A stretch of 30,127 bases of DNA from Deltaproteobacteria bacterium. Its GTDB lineage: Bacteria; SAR324; NAC60-12. The position numbers and the translations under genes are program-made. Below, one piece after another: positions 1 to 8,081 of this stretch. The stretch covers positions 1 through 30,127 of the forward strand of contig JAYOTF010000031.1 in the NCBI GenBank assembly GCA_038150265.1. Reading direction: 5' to 3'. Each line of letters starts with the position of its first letter. Position 1 is the stretch's first letter. The notes beneath the pieces are model-generated. The model was not told where the DNA came from. It did not search any database and saw only the letters and a program-made list of their open reading frames with translations.

Positions 1-2
1 TC

Positions 3-173
3 ACTACCGACTTCCATCTTGGAGACGGCATCGCCGGTATCGCTTGTCTTGGTGGTGGTCTGGTTGAAGGTGGCGGAGGCCGAACCCGTCACACCAAAGT
101 CCCAAGCCATGGCTGGGGTGGCGAGTGCAGCGGTTGCCACTGCGGCGAGCATCAGATTGCTGAGCTTCTTCAT
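3..173 (-). CDS. N-terminus of a secreted / outer-membrane (porin-like) protein, truncated by the window edge
   Basis: Not in the ORF track. ATG at 173 follows an AAGGAGA RBS. Translation MKKLSNLMLAAVATAALATPAMA-WDFGVTGSASATFNQTTTKTSDTGDAVSKMEVG is a classic Sec signal peptide (AMA cleavage) followed by a beta-strand-like segment. The porin call is inference. Confidence 0.8.
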   Translation of the reverse strand, partial: MKKLSNLMLAAVATAALATPAMAWDFGVTGSASATFNQTTTKTSDTGDAVSKMEVGS

Positions 174-199
174 AAGGAAATCTCCTTGATTCATGAAGG

Positions 200-602
200 A
201 TGTTGCTGTCGTGGTCATTCACGACAACGGATCAAAAGCATGGTGCAGATGCAGGCACAGGTGCAACTGCCCTCGTGGTTTCTCTGCTTCAGAAACCGTT
301 CTAGAAGCTCCGTAGGTGCAGCTTCTAGACCAAGAGACCGCGCAAGAGGCGGTGTAGGAGAAGGCGCTTATAAATAAGTACCTCTCCTTGCCAGTAACGG
401 AGTCCAGTGCCCTGGCCGACAGCTGGTCCGTGGTTGTCCCCACAGGCATGATCCTAGTGGAAGCCTGAACGAAATCCCTCGAAGCGACCCCGGTGGAACC
501 TGAGGTTCAGGCTTACGGAGTGCGGAAGTTGCTTCCCCCTTTGCGACGACCCGTCGGTCGTCAAGGAGTTTCGTTCAGGTTCCGAGCCCCCGGAGGGTCT
601 CA
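200..602 (-). promoter_or_regulatory. Long, highly structured putative 5' leader of the secreted-protein gene
   Basis: Inverted repeats: TGTCGTG/CACGACA (~207-226), GGTTTCT/AGAAACC (~277-297), TCTAGAAGCT/AGCTTCTAGA (300-329), GACGACC/GGTCGTC (545-562), and a long helix 459-479/564-583. Confidence 0.45.
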
Positions 603-642
603 AGGATCCGAGTTCATGAGACGGGTTTCCCTCTTCAGAGTC

Positions 643-660
643 AAGTAACTAATGTAACTT
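643..660. promoter_or_regulatory. Putative transcription-factor site (GTAACT-N3-GTAACT direct repeat / imperfect palindrome)
   Basis: AAGTAACTAATGTAACTT in an AT-rich patch next to a minus-strand TTGACT -35-like hexamer. Confidence 0.35.
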
Positions 661-720
661 TAATCGGAAAAGGTCAGCAGATTCGTCCATAAACAGCGTA
701 GTACCGTATGGAACTTGGGT

Positions 721-1443
721 CTAAAGTGCAAGAGCCGAGTTGATTTTTTTTAATCCGGAGGCGAGTTCAGCGGGGGTGAGGGAGTGGACCAGGAGGCGGT
801 GGGGGGCAAAGCGCTCCACCACGATGAGCACAAATTGGGGCCGGTGCCCGGTCAGGTGCTGGATTCCGGCGCCGTACCACGCGGCCTGGAGGTCGAGGTG
901 CCGTCCTGCGAAGAGGTGGGGGAGGTCCTGAGCGGTGACGCTTCCGGTGAACTTGAGGTCAAAGACCACCTGCGCTTCGGGAGCCCAGCCGTCCAGCCGG
1001 GCCTTGCAGGCGAGTCCGTCCTGCTCCCAGAACAGCGACAGCTCGGTGATGGCGGTCTCCAGCAGGTGCCGGGCATGCGGGTGGGCCTCAATCGCTTGCT
1101 GAGCGCGGTGCAGGCCGTCCCAGAGGTTGGCCCGCAGCAGGGTTTTTCCGGTTTGCTGCTCCAGCTCACGCCAGCGCCGCTGCCCCTGGGTGCCTCGAGG
1201 ACGCAGGCCATCGGGAGCGCGGTGGTACTCGGCGTAAAAGCGTTCGGGCTCCAGCAACAGGCAGTGGCCCGCGTTGCCGGCTTCCATCGCCAGACGATGC
1301 CCTGAGGCCCCAGGAGCCGAGGAGGCCAGGCGCTGGCGCAACGTGCTCTGGTTGAGTCCGGGACGTGCCTGGTAGTCCGCAAACGGAAGACCGGCTTCCA
1401 TTCCAGGAACCAGAAAGGCTTGCTGCTGTTGAGGGGAAAGCAA
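721..1443 (-). CDS. PD-(D/E)XK nuclease, RecE/exodeoxyribonuclease VIII C-terminal-like (DUF3799-type)
   Basis: Motifs DYQARPGLNQSTL, GNAGHCLLLEP, TELSLFW, CKARLD, FDLKFT, LQAAWY, FVLIVVER. Start uncertain (TTG 1443 or ATG 1401). The ORF-track start at 1467 lies inside the tRNA. Confidence 0.8.
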   Translation of the reverse strand: MLSPQQQQAFLVPGMEAGLPFADYQARPGLNQSTLRQRLASSAPGASGHRLAMEAGNAGHCLLLEPERFYAEYHRAPDGLRPRGTQGQRRWRELEQQTGKTLLRANLWDGLHRAQQAIEAHPHARHLLETAITELSLFWEQDGLACKARLDGWAPEAQVVFDLKFTGSVTAQDLPHLFAGRHLDLQAAWYGAGIQHLTGHRPQFVLIVVERFAPHRLLVHSLTPAELASGLKKINSALAL

Positions 1444-1459
1444 GAGACCAGGGGGAAAG

Positions 1460-1536
1460 TGGCGCACCCGGATGGATTCGAACCATCGACCTTCTGAACC
1501 GCAATCAGACGCTCTATCCAGCTGAGCTACGGGTGC
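1460..1536 (-). tRNA. tRNA-Arg, anticodon GCG
   Basis: GCACCCGTAGCTCAGCTGGATAGAGCG-TCTGA-TTGCGGT-TCAGA-AGGTCGATGGTTCGAATCCATCCGGGTGCG-CCA: full cloverleaf with encoded CCA. Confidence 0.96.
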
Positions 1537-1544
1537 TAATCAAG

Positions 1545-1634
1545 TGGCGGAGGAGGAGGGATTCGAACCCTCGGTACAGTTTCCCATACGGCACATTAGC
1601 AATGTGCTGGTTTCAGCCACTCACCCACTCCTCC
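1545..1634 (-). tRNA. tRNA-Ser, anticodon GCT
   Basis: GGAGGAGTGGGTGAGTGGCTGAAACCA-GCACA-TTGCTAA-TGTGC, long variable arm, GGTTCGAATCC, encoded CCA. Confidence 0.97.
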
Positions 1635-1675
1635 ACACCTTGAAGGGGTTGGTCTGGAAAAATCCAGAACTGACT

Positions 1676-1704
1676 ATTCTCCGTTCTTTGCCCGGACTTG
1701 TCAA
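1676..1704 (-). promoter_or_regulatory. Sigma70-like promoter for the tRNA pair
   Basis: TTGACA (1704-1699), 17-nt spacer, GAGAAT (1681-1676), about 40 nt upstream of tRNA-Ser. Confidence 0.6.
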
Positions 1705-1744
1705 TGTGAATTTGCAACCAACGCCTGAAAAATCCGGAGGGGCC

Positions 1745-2680
1745 TCATCGGCCGGGGGGCCTCCCGTCGGAAGCACGAGGAAGGGACTGCCAGAAGGCGA
1801 CAAAACTCTCGTAGCGTGAGGTCGTGATCAGGCCCTCTGCCAGAGCGTCCTTGACGGCACAGTCGGGTTCATGCTGATGACTGCAGCCCACAAAGCGGCA
1901 TTGAGTCCGGAAGGGGGTGAGTTCCACAAAGAAGGTGTCGAGGTTGGCCCGGGTCACCCCTGCAGGCTCCAGCTCCCGGATGCCCGGAGTGTCCACGAGG
2001 TAGCCACCGTCCGGAAGCCGGTACATCTCAGCGAGCACCGTGGTGTGCCGGCCCTTGCCCACCTTCTGGTTGACGTGTCCGATGCGGATGTTCCAGTCTG
2101 GAAAGAGGGCTTTGACGAGCGAGGACTTTCCGACTCCGGAGTGTCCGCTGAGGACGGTGGATTGGCGCTGCAAACGTTTGCGGAGGGCGTCGAGCCCCTG
2201 TGATTCGGTGGCACTGGTGAGGAGGACTTCATAGCCGAGTCCCTCGTAGAGGGCCTGCAGGGGGGCGATTTGCTCTGGAGAGGCGAGGTCGGTTTTGTTG
2301 AGCACGATCACTGGCGTCAGGTTCCCGGCCAGTCCGGCGACGAGGAGGCGATCCGTCAGCCCCTGGCGGAAGTCGGGCTTGCGAACAGCCGCAACGATGA
2401 GGAGGGTGTCGGCGTTTGCCACCAGGATCTGCTCGGTGCTGCCTTCGCGGGAAGTCCGGGCGAGTTTGCTGTGTCGGGGAAGGATTTCGAGGATCCAGCC
2501 GGCGTCCTCGGCGGCCGAGAGGTCGAGGCGAACGTGATCGCCGACGGCCACCTTCTGGTCGTAGCGACTCGTTTCAAAGAGGTTGCCGCGGATGCGACAC
2601 AGGCGAGGTTCGGCCTCTCCGACATCCACGTAGTAGAAGCTTCGGGTTCGTCTGAGGACCACGCCTGTGGAAGAGGCCAT
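1745..2680 (-). CDS. rsgA: Ribosome small subunit-dependent GTPase A
   Basis: OB-fold VAVGD, circularly permuted GTPase motifs NKTDL, GHSGVGKSS, GRHTT, DTPG, and Zn site CRFVGCSHQHEPDC. Confidence 0.96.
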   Translation of the reverse strand: MASSTGVVLRRTRSFYYVDVGEAEPRLCRIRGNLFETSRYDQKVAVGDHVRLDLSAAEDAGWILEILPRHSKLARTSREGSTEQILVANADTLLIVAAVRKPDFRQGLTDRLLVAGLAGNLTPVIVLNKTDLASPEQIAPLQALYEGLGYEVLLTSATESQGLDALRKRLQRQSTVLSGHSGVGKSSLVKALFPDWNIRIGHVNQKVGKGRHTTVLAEMYRLPDGGYLVDTPGIRELEPAGVTRANLDTFFVELTPFRTQCRFVGCSHQHEPDCAVKDALAEGLITTSRYESFVAFWQSLPRASDGRPPGR

Positions 2681-2686
2681 GAGCCG

Positions 2687-4153
2687 TCAGGCTTCGGGCT
2701 CGAAGGTTTCTCCCTCGGCCTTGTACTCGTTCAGCTTGTTCCGGAGGGTCCGGATGCTGATGCCGAGGATCTGGGCAGCGTGGGTCCGGTTGCCCTGCGT
2801 TTGCCGGAGGGTTTCAAAGATGAGCTTCTTCTCGGCCTCTCGCATGGACATGCCCACTTCAATGCCGAGCGAGGAGCGGGTGCTCGAGGCGGCTGGGCTG
2901 GACGGCCGAGCGGCAGCAGCGGCGCCTCCACCAGCGGCAGCAGCGAGGTCTTCGTTGATGCTGCGGGTGCCGGCCTGGGAGTGCATGAGCAGGTTGTGGG
3001 GCTGCACCTCCTTGCCATCGCAGAGCAGCAGCGCGCGTTCCACCACGTTTTCCAGCTCCCGGACGTTGCCGCGCCAGTTGTAGTGCATGAGCACATCCAG
3101 AGCCTCCTGGCTGATCTCCGGGCGGTCTCGCTGGTTGAGGCGGGCGTGCTTGCTGAGGAAGTAGTCGGCGAGCACCGGAATGTCGTCCTTGCGTTCCCGC
3201 AGAGGCGGAAGGGCGAGGGGGATGACGTTGAGGCGGAAGTAGAGGTCTTCCCGGAACTTTCCGGATTCGACCATTTCCAGCATGCCTCGGTTGGTGGTGG
3301 CGATCACCCGGACGTCGACGCTGATGGGTTCCTTGCCGCCGACCTTGTCGACCTCCTGCTCCTGAAGCACGCGGAGCAGCTTGGCCTGGAGCGGAAGGGC
3401 CATTTCGCTGATCTCGTCCAGCAGAATGGTTCCGGTGTGGGCCTGCTCGAACTTACCACGGTGGTCCGTGTTGGCTCCGGTGAAGGCGCCTTTCTTGTAG
3501 CCGAACAGCTCGCTCTCCAGCAGGGTCTCCGGAAGAGCGGCGCAGTTGATGGCAACAAAGGGCTTGGCGGCTCGGTCGGAGCTGCGGTGAATGTAGTGGG
3601 CGAGCAGTTCCTTTCCGGTGCCACTCTCGCTTTGAATCAGGATGGTCGCTTTGCTGTTGGCCACATTCTGGGCGACCTTGAGCAGGTTCAGCATGTCCTG
3701 ATTCTGAGTGACAATGTCCTTGTAGGTCTCGGAGGTGCCCGAGGCCTTCTTGGTGGCGGGTGCTGCCGGCTGGGTGGTGGAGCCCTTGTGGTCCTTGTAC
3801 GCGAGGGCGCGTTCGACCACGAAGGTGAACTGGTCAAAGTTGAAGGGCTTGGTGACGTAATCGAACGCCCCCTCCTTCATGGCTTCCACAGCCGTGTCCA
3901 CCGTGGCATAGGCGGTGACCATGATCACCGGTTTGGAGGCATCAAGGTTCTTGATGTCCTTGAGCAACTCCAGCCCGGACCGTTTGGGCATGGTCATGTC
4001 GGTGATGACGAGCGAGTACTCGTTTTCCTTGACCTTCTTCAAGGCGTCCAGGGCGTTGTGCGACAACTCCACAGGGTAGCCGCAGTGCTTGAGCGTCTCC
4101 GACATGGCGATTCGCATTTCGACTTCGTCATCCACGATCAGGATTGGATGCAT
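2687..4153 (-). CDS. Sigma-54-dependent response regulator (NtrC family, FleR/FlrC-like)
   Basis: Receiver domain (ILIVDDE, ITDMTMP, TKPF), AAA+ domain (ESGTGKE, GAFTGA, LLDEISE, FREDLYFRLNV), Fis-type HTH ending ISIRTLRNKLNEY. Confidence 0.93.
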   Translation of the reverse strand: MHPILIVDDEVEMRIAMSETLKHCGYPVELSHNALDALKKVKENEYSLVITDMTMPKRSGLELLKDIKNLDASKPVIMVTAYATVDTAVEAMKEGAFDYVTKPFNFDQFTFVVERALAYKDHKGSTTQPAAPATKKASGTSETYKDIVTQNQDMLNLLKVAQNVANSKATILIQSESGTGKELLAHYIHRSSDRAAKPFVAINCAALPETLLESELFGYKKGAFTGANTDHRGKFEQAHTGTILLDEISEMALPLQAKLLRVLQEQEVDKVGGKEPISVDVRVIATTNRGMLEMVESGKFREDLYFRLNVIPLALPPLRERKDDIPVLADYFLSKHARLNQRDRPEISQEALDVLMHYNWRGNVRELENVVERALLLCDGKEVQPHNLLMHSQAGTRSINEDLAAAAGGGAAAAARPSSPAASSTRSSLGIEVGMSMREAEKKLIFETLRQTQGNRTHAAQILGISIRTLRNKLNEYKAEGETFEPEA

Positions 4154-4189
4154 GAATCTTCCTAATGAGCCTATTGCAGTGGACCGGCG

Positions 4190-5503
4190 TTATGCCGATG
4201 GGGGTTGAACCGGGAACAGGAGGGTGAGGCGGGTGCCTGCGCCTTCCTGACTGTGTGCCTCCAAGACCGCGCCGTGGGCATCCAGGATGCGGCGAACAAT
4301 GGCCAGCCCAAGTCCGGCGCCATGCTCCTTGGTGGTGAAAAACGGGTCAAAGATGCGGGGCAGCACATCTGCAGGAATGCCGCTGCCCGTGTCTTCAAAA
4401 CTGAGCTCCAGCAGCTGCAGGCGGTCGACCCGTTCGCCTCCGGAAGCAAAGCGGTCCAGGATCTTGCGGTTTTCGCTCACGAGGCTGCGGGTGGCAATGT
4501 GCAGCTCCCCGGGCTCCAGCGTGGCCTGCAACGCGTTGAGCAACAAGTTGGAGCAGACCTGCTTGAGCTGTTCCTCGTCGCCAAACACCCAGGGTTGCTC
4601 CGCTTGCAGATCCAAACGCACTTGAACATGTCCGTAATCTACCAGTTGATGAGAAAATCTCAAATTCTGCTTCAGCAGCTCATGCAGATCGAGCACCCTG
4701 CCGGACTCCAGCGGTTTGGGCTGGCTGTATTCAATGAGGTTGGAGATGACGAGGTTGATGCCCTGTGTCGCTGAGGAGAGGTGTTGAAGCAACTCCCGCC
4801 CACGCTCCGAGGTGATTTCCTTCTTCAACAGTCCGGTAAACAGCTCAATGCTGCCCAGCGGATTCCGGATGGTGTGGGCCACGCTGGCGGCAACCTCTCC
4901 CATGCCAGCCATGCGGTTGCGACGCTCCGCCTCGGCTTCCAGGCGCTTCAGTTCCGTCACATCCTGCAGGTTGACAATGACCCCCGTGAGGGTGCCCTGC
5001 GGGGAACGCATGGCCGATGCGGAAAGGCGAACCCGGCGCGTGGTGCCATCCGGACGCGTCAGCTCGGCTTCTCGCTCGTGGATGCGGGTCAGCTCCTCCA
5101 GCCCCTGAGGCTCGCACTCCCAGGGGTGAACGCCTCCCCGAAGCACGTGGTGCAGCGGTTGTCGCTGGACGGCGACCTCGGTGACTCCCAGCAGCTGAGA
5201 GCCCGATTGATTGAGTGAGGTGACCTCGCCTTCAGCATTGGCAACCAGCAACCCCACGGTGGTGCTTTCAAACACGCTGGAGAGGTAGCGCTGCATCTGC
5301 TCCCGCTCGGCCAGGTTGCGCTCCAGCTCCCTGTTCTTCTCGGCCAACTCTTCGCTGAGTTCCTGCACCCGCTGCTCAAACCCACGGTAGGTCTCCTGGA
5401 GCTGCAGGGCGGTCTGGTTGAACACCTCAAACCCACGGAGCAGCTCGTCTTGAGCCGGAGACTCCGGAGTGAAGGACTTGGCGGTAGAAGGGTCGCGCTT
5501 CAT
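4190..5503 (-). CDS. PAS-domain sensor histidine kinase (FleS/FlrB-like, cytoplasmic)
   Basis: N-terminal coiled coil, PAS domain, H-box AHTIRNPL, N-box NLLLNA, G1 DTGSGI, F-box FDPFFTTK, G2 GAGLGL. Start ATG 5503 chosen over 5551. Confidence 0.92.
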   Translation of the reverse strand: MKRDPSTAKSFTPESPAQDELLRGFEVFNQTALQLQETYRGFEQRVQELSEELAEKNRELERNLAEREQMQRYLSSVFESTTVGLLVANAEGEVTSLNQSGSQLLGVTEVAVQRQPLHHVLRGGVHPWECEPQGLEELTRIHEREAELTRPDGTTRRVRLSASAMRSPQGTLTGVIVNLQDVTELKRLEAEAERRNRMAGMGEVAASVAHTIRNPLGSIELFTGLLKKEITSERGRELLQHLSSATQGINLVISNLIEYSQPKPLESGRVLDLHELLKQNLRFSHQLVDYGHVQVRLDLQAEQPWVFGDEEQLKQVCSNLLLNALQATLEPGELHIATRSLVSENRKILDRFASGGERVDRLQLLELSFEDTGSGIPADVLPRIFDPFFTTKEHGAGLGLAIVRRILDAHGAVLEAHSQEGAGTRLTLLFPVQPPSA

Positions 5504-5661
5504 GGTGAGCAGTGGATAAGGGCCAGTTTTCAGGACCCGGAACTCATGCACAAATCATGCTCATGGCTCAGGCACCTCGGCGGAAAGTCCGAAGTCCATG
5601 AACTCATTTCATTTTAAATAATATCTTTAATATCTTTTAACAATTTTAATTGCAAAATAAC

Positions 5662-5690
5662 TTGACGGCTCGGAGGGGATGCATTATCGT
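5662..5690 (+). promoter_or_regulatory. Sigma70-like promoter with AT-rich upstream element
   Basis: TTGACG (5662-5667), 17-nt spacer, TATCGT (5685-5690), preceded by an AT-rich tract at ~5605-5660. Confidence 0.6.
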
Positions 5691-5694
5691 TTTA

Positions 5695-5880
5695 GCAGAC
5701 TCAGCTAGCCTCCGTGGCTAGCGCTTCCACAGCATCGGCTTTCAGGGCAATTCTGGTTTCGACACCTCCTTAAAACAAAGTCGAAGCTTCATGTACCAGA
5801 AAAATCGATGAGGCGAACGCCGAAGATGTCTGCGAGCTGATGCTGGGTTTCCGCTGAGCGGCGACCCATGACCCGGAAGC
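5695..5880 (+). ncRNA. Candidate structured RNA / 5' leader with an anti-Shine-Dalgarno loop
   Basis: Nested helices 5730-5740/5835-5845, 5751-5757/5795-5801 and 5758-5763/5780-5785 close the loop ACCTCCTTAAAACAAA. Side hairpin 5704-5722. Begins at the expected TSS of the 5662 promoter. Confidence 0.5.
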
Positions 5881-5923
5881 AACTCCGTTTTGACAACGTT
5901 TTAGAAGGACGTGAAGGAAGGAA

Positions 5924-6085
5924 ATGCAGCTGTTTGATAAATGGTGGCAGCAGTTTCGAGGCGGATTGGATCACCCGACTCTGACTCCGGAAGAGGAGTT
6001 TTACAGCCACGCCCTGGATTTGAATGATTTGGAGTGGCGCATGGAAGAGTGGCAGCGTCGCCGCAATCAGCGTAGCTTCATCTAA
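5924..6085 (+). CDS. Small 53-aa protein, DUF3563-like
   Basis: Below the ORF-track cutoff. GAAGGAAGGA RBS. Sequence MQLFDKWWQQFRGGLDHPTLTPEEEFYSHALDLNDLEWRMEEWQRRRNQRSFI; the A-x-D-L-x-D-L-E-x-R-M pattern resembles DUF3563. Confidence 0.65.
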   Translation: MQLFDKWWQQFRGGLDHPTLTPEEEFYSHALDLNDLEWRMEEWQRRRNQRSFI

Positions 6086-6941
6086 CGCCTCCCGCCTGAA
6101 TGGCCTCCCACGTGTCGCGGAGGAGCACCGCTTCCGCGACATCATGCATCCGCAGCACGGATGCGCCCCGCTCCAACGCCGCCATCGCAGTCCCCAAGCT
6201 CGGAATCAAACGTTCCTGAACGCCCAACTCCCGACCCGGAGAAACACGGGCGAGGAATGACTTTCGGGAGGGCCCTACCAGCACGGGCGGGCCCAGCGCG
6301 ACCAACTCCTCCAATCGCCTCACCAACTCAAAGCTGTACGCGGGGTGTCCGCTGACAAAGAATCCCAGCCCGGGATCCAGCACCAGCTGCGTCCGGGAAA
6401 GCCCAGCGGCCTCCGCGACCTGTAGGCGTTCGTTGAGGAAGGCCCGCACCTCGGCGACGACGTCTTCATAATCCGGAAACGCCACCTGCGTCCGGGCCGA
6501 GTCATCTTTTGAGAACATCAGCACCACCGGCACCTGATGCTGGGCGACCACGTGGAGCAACTCCGGATCGCCCCGCAACGCGGTGACGTCGTTGATGAGG
6601 TCGGCTCCACGAAGGATCGCCTGCTGCGCCACTTCGGCCCGCCAGGTGTCGATCGAAATCCAGGCATCGGTTTGAGAACGGAGCCGCTCAAGCACGGGGA
6701 GGACCCGGTCCAGCTCTTCCTGTTGAGAGACTCCTGTGCTTCCGGGCCCGGAGGACTCGCCGCCAATGTCAATGAGGTCGGCACCGGCTTCCACCATGGA
6801 GAGGGCGGTGGCGCAGGCCTGCTCAACGCTGGAGAAGCGCCCGCCGTCGGAAAAGGAGTCGGGCGTCACATTGAGGACCCCCATGACACGAGGCCGGTTC
6901 AGGTCAAGGGTGCGGGATCCGGAGCGCAACACGGCAGGCAT
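6078..6941 (-). CDS. folP: Dihydropteroate synthase
   Basis: MGVLNVTPDSFSDGG, IDIGGES, SIDT, LINDV, LDPGLGF, SRKSF, LRMHDV. Confidence 0.97.
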   Translation of the reverse strand: MPAVLRSGSRTLDLNRPRVMGVLNVTPDSFSDGGRFSSVEQACATALSMVEAGADLIDIGGESSGPGSTGVSQQEELDRVLPVLERLRSQTDAWISIDTWRAEVAQQAILRGADLINDVTALRGDPELLHVVAQHQVPVVLMFSKDDSARTQVAFPDYEDVVAEVRAFLNERLQVAEAAGLSRTQLVLDPGLGFFVSGHPAYSFELVRRLEELVALGPPVLVGPSRKSFLARVSPGRELGVQERLIPSLGTAMAALERGASVLRMHDVAEAVLLRDTWEAIQAGGVR

Positions 6942-6945
6942 GGGG

Positions 6946-7869
6946 TCAGGTCAGCTCGTGTTTCCAGGGTGGGTTGGCGCCTTCGCGTTCACAGACCATC
7001 CGGGCCACGCGGTTTCCGAACTGCAGGCATTCGGTCAACTCGGTGTGGGTCAGCGTCCGGAGCCCCGCCCGGGAGAGGCGGTGATGCTCATGAAGCCAAC
7101 TGAGTACACCGGCGTGAAAGGTGTCTCCGGCCCCAACGGCATCGACCACTTCCACCGGCTCCACGGCGACGGTGGCACTTCCGGAGGCTCCGAAGGCGTG
7201 AGAGGCGCGGCTCCCATCGGTGATGAGCACCAATTCGGTCCCCAGAGACTGCCACTCGTTCACCACCTGCTCCAACGAGCGCCCGGGGTAGAGCCAGTTG
7301 AGGTCCTCCACGCTGGCCTTCACCAGGCCACAGTGGGTGATCCAGCGCTCCAGCCGCTGCGTATACGCGGCATGATCCGGAATCAGGCTGGGGCGAATGT
7401 TGGGATCCAGGGCAATGAGGCGGGTGACGGATTCGCGGAACATCAGGTTCTCCAGCGCGGTTGCCACCGGCTCACCGGTCAAGGAAACGGAGCCAAACTG
7501 AAGCGCGGTGACCGAGTCCGGAAGCACGGGAAGCTGCTCCGTCGAGAGGGAGAAGTCTGCGGTGTGCCGGGAGTAGAAGGCGTAGCGGACGTCTTCCTGG
7601 TCGGTGTTGACAAAGGCCAGCGTGGTGGGGCGGTCCACCCGAGGGATCAGGGACGTGTCCACCCCACTTGCCTGCAGGTGGTCCAGAAGCATCTGCCCGA
7701 AAAAATCTTCAGAGACTTGGGTATAAAAACCAACCGGGACGCCAAGGCGAGCCATGGCGACGGCGGTATTCAAGGGTGAGCCCCCGGGACAGGGGCGGTA
7801 AGCGGCTTCTCCCTCCGGAAGCTGACGGGGGACAAAGTCAATGAGCGCTTCACCGCAGGACAAAATCAT
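6946..7869 (-). CDS. PfkB-family carbohydrate kinase (fructokinase-like)
   Basis: CGEALID, PGGSPLN, LDPNIRP, VKAS.ED, DAVGAGDTF. Confidence 0.92.
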   Translation of the reverse strand: MILSCGEALIDFVPRQLPEGEAAYRPCPGGSPLNTAVAMARLGVPVGFYTQVSEDFFGQMLLDHLQASGVDTSLIPRVDRPTTLAFVNTDQEDVRYAFYSRHTADFSLSTEQLPVLPDSVTALQFGSVSLTGEPVATALENLMFRESVTRLIALDPNIRPSLIPDHAAYTQRLERWITHCGLVKASVEDLNWLYPGRSLEQVVNEWQSLGTELVLITDGSRASHAFGASGSATVAVEPVEVVDAVGAGDTFHAGVLSWLHEHHRLSRAGLRTLTHTELTECLQFGNRVARMVCEREGANPPWKHELT

Positions 7870-8081
7870 GAGGACTCCGGGATAAAATTGAAGTTCTGAT
7901 CAGAGCTGACAAAATCAAGAAGGGGCCTCCCAAGTGGAACGGTCGCTTTTCTGGAAAAAACGTAGTAGAACTCCAGTGTGCGTGAAAATGAGCACAAACA
8001 CCAGTGGTCGTGGGGGACCGCATGAGTTCGACTTGACATGAGAACATTTAACTATTCAAATATACAAACTAGGAGATGCCT

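Noticed and set aside
4..449. ORF-track calls 4-222, 186-377 and 219-449
   Set aside because: The real gene is in another frame (ATG 173 with RBS and signal peptide). The others lack RBS or protein-like features and overlie RNA hairpins.
1365..1819. ORFs 1365-1643 and 1544-1819
   Set aside because: They are translations of the antisense strand of the tRNA genes.
2270..4165. 631-aa plus-strand ORF and similar long antisense ORFs (e.g. 11427-12446, 13706-15073, 17408-18958, 20881-21822, 29041-30036)
   Set aside because: These are shadow frames opposite well-supported genes, expected from GC-rich codon bias. They carry no motifs.
5580..5600. GGAAAGTCC resembling the RNase P RNA signature
   Set aside because: No other RNase P conserved regions follow; the adjacent sequence is AT-rich promoter DNA.
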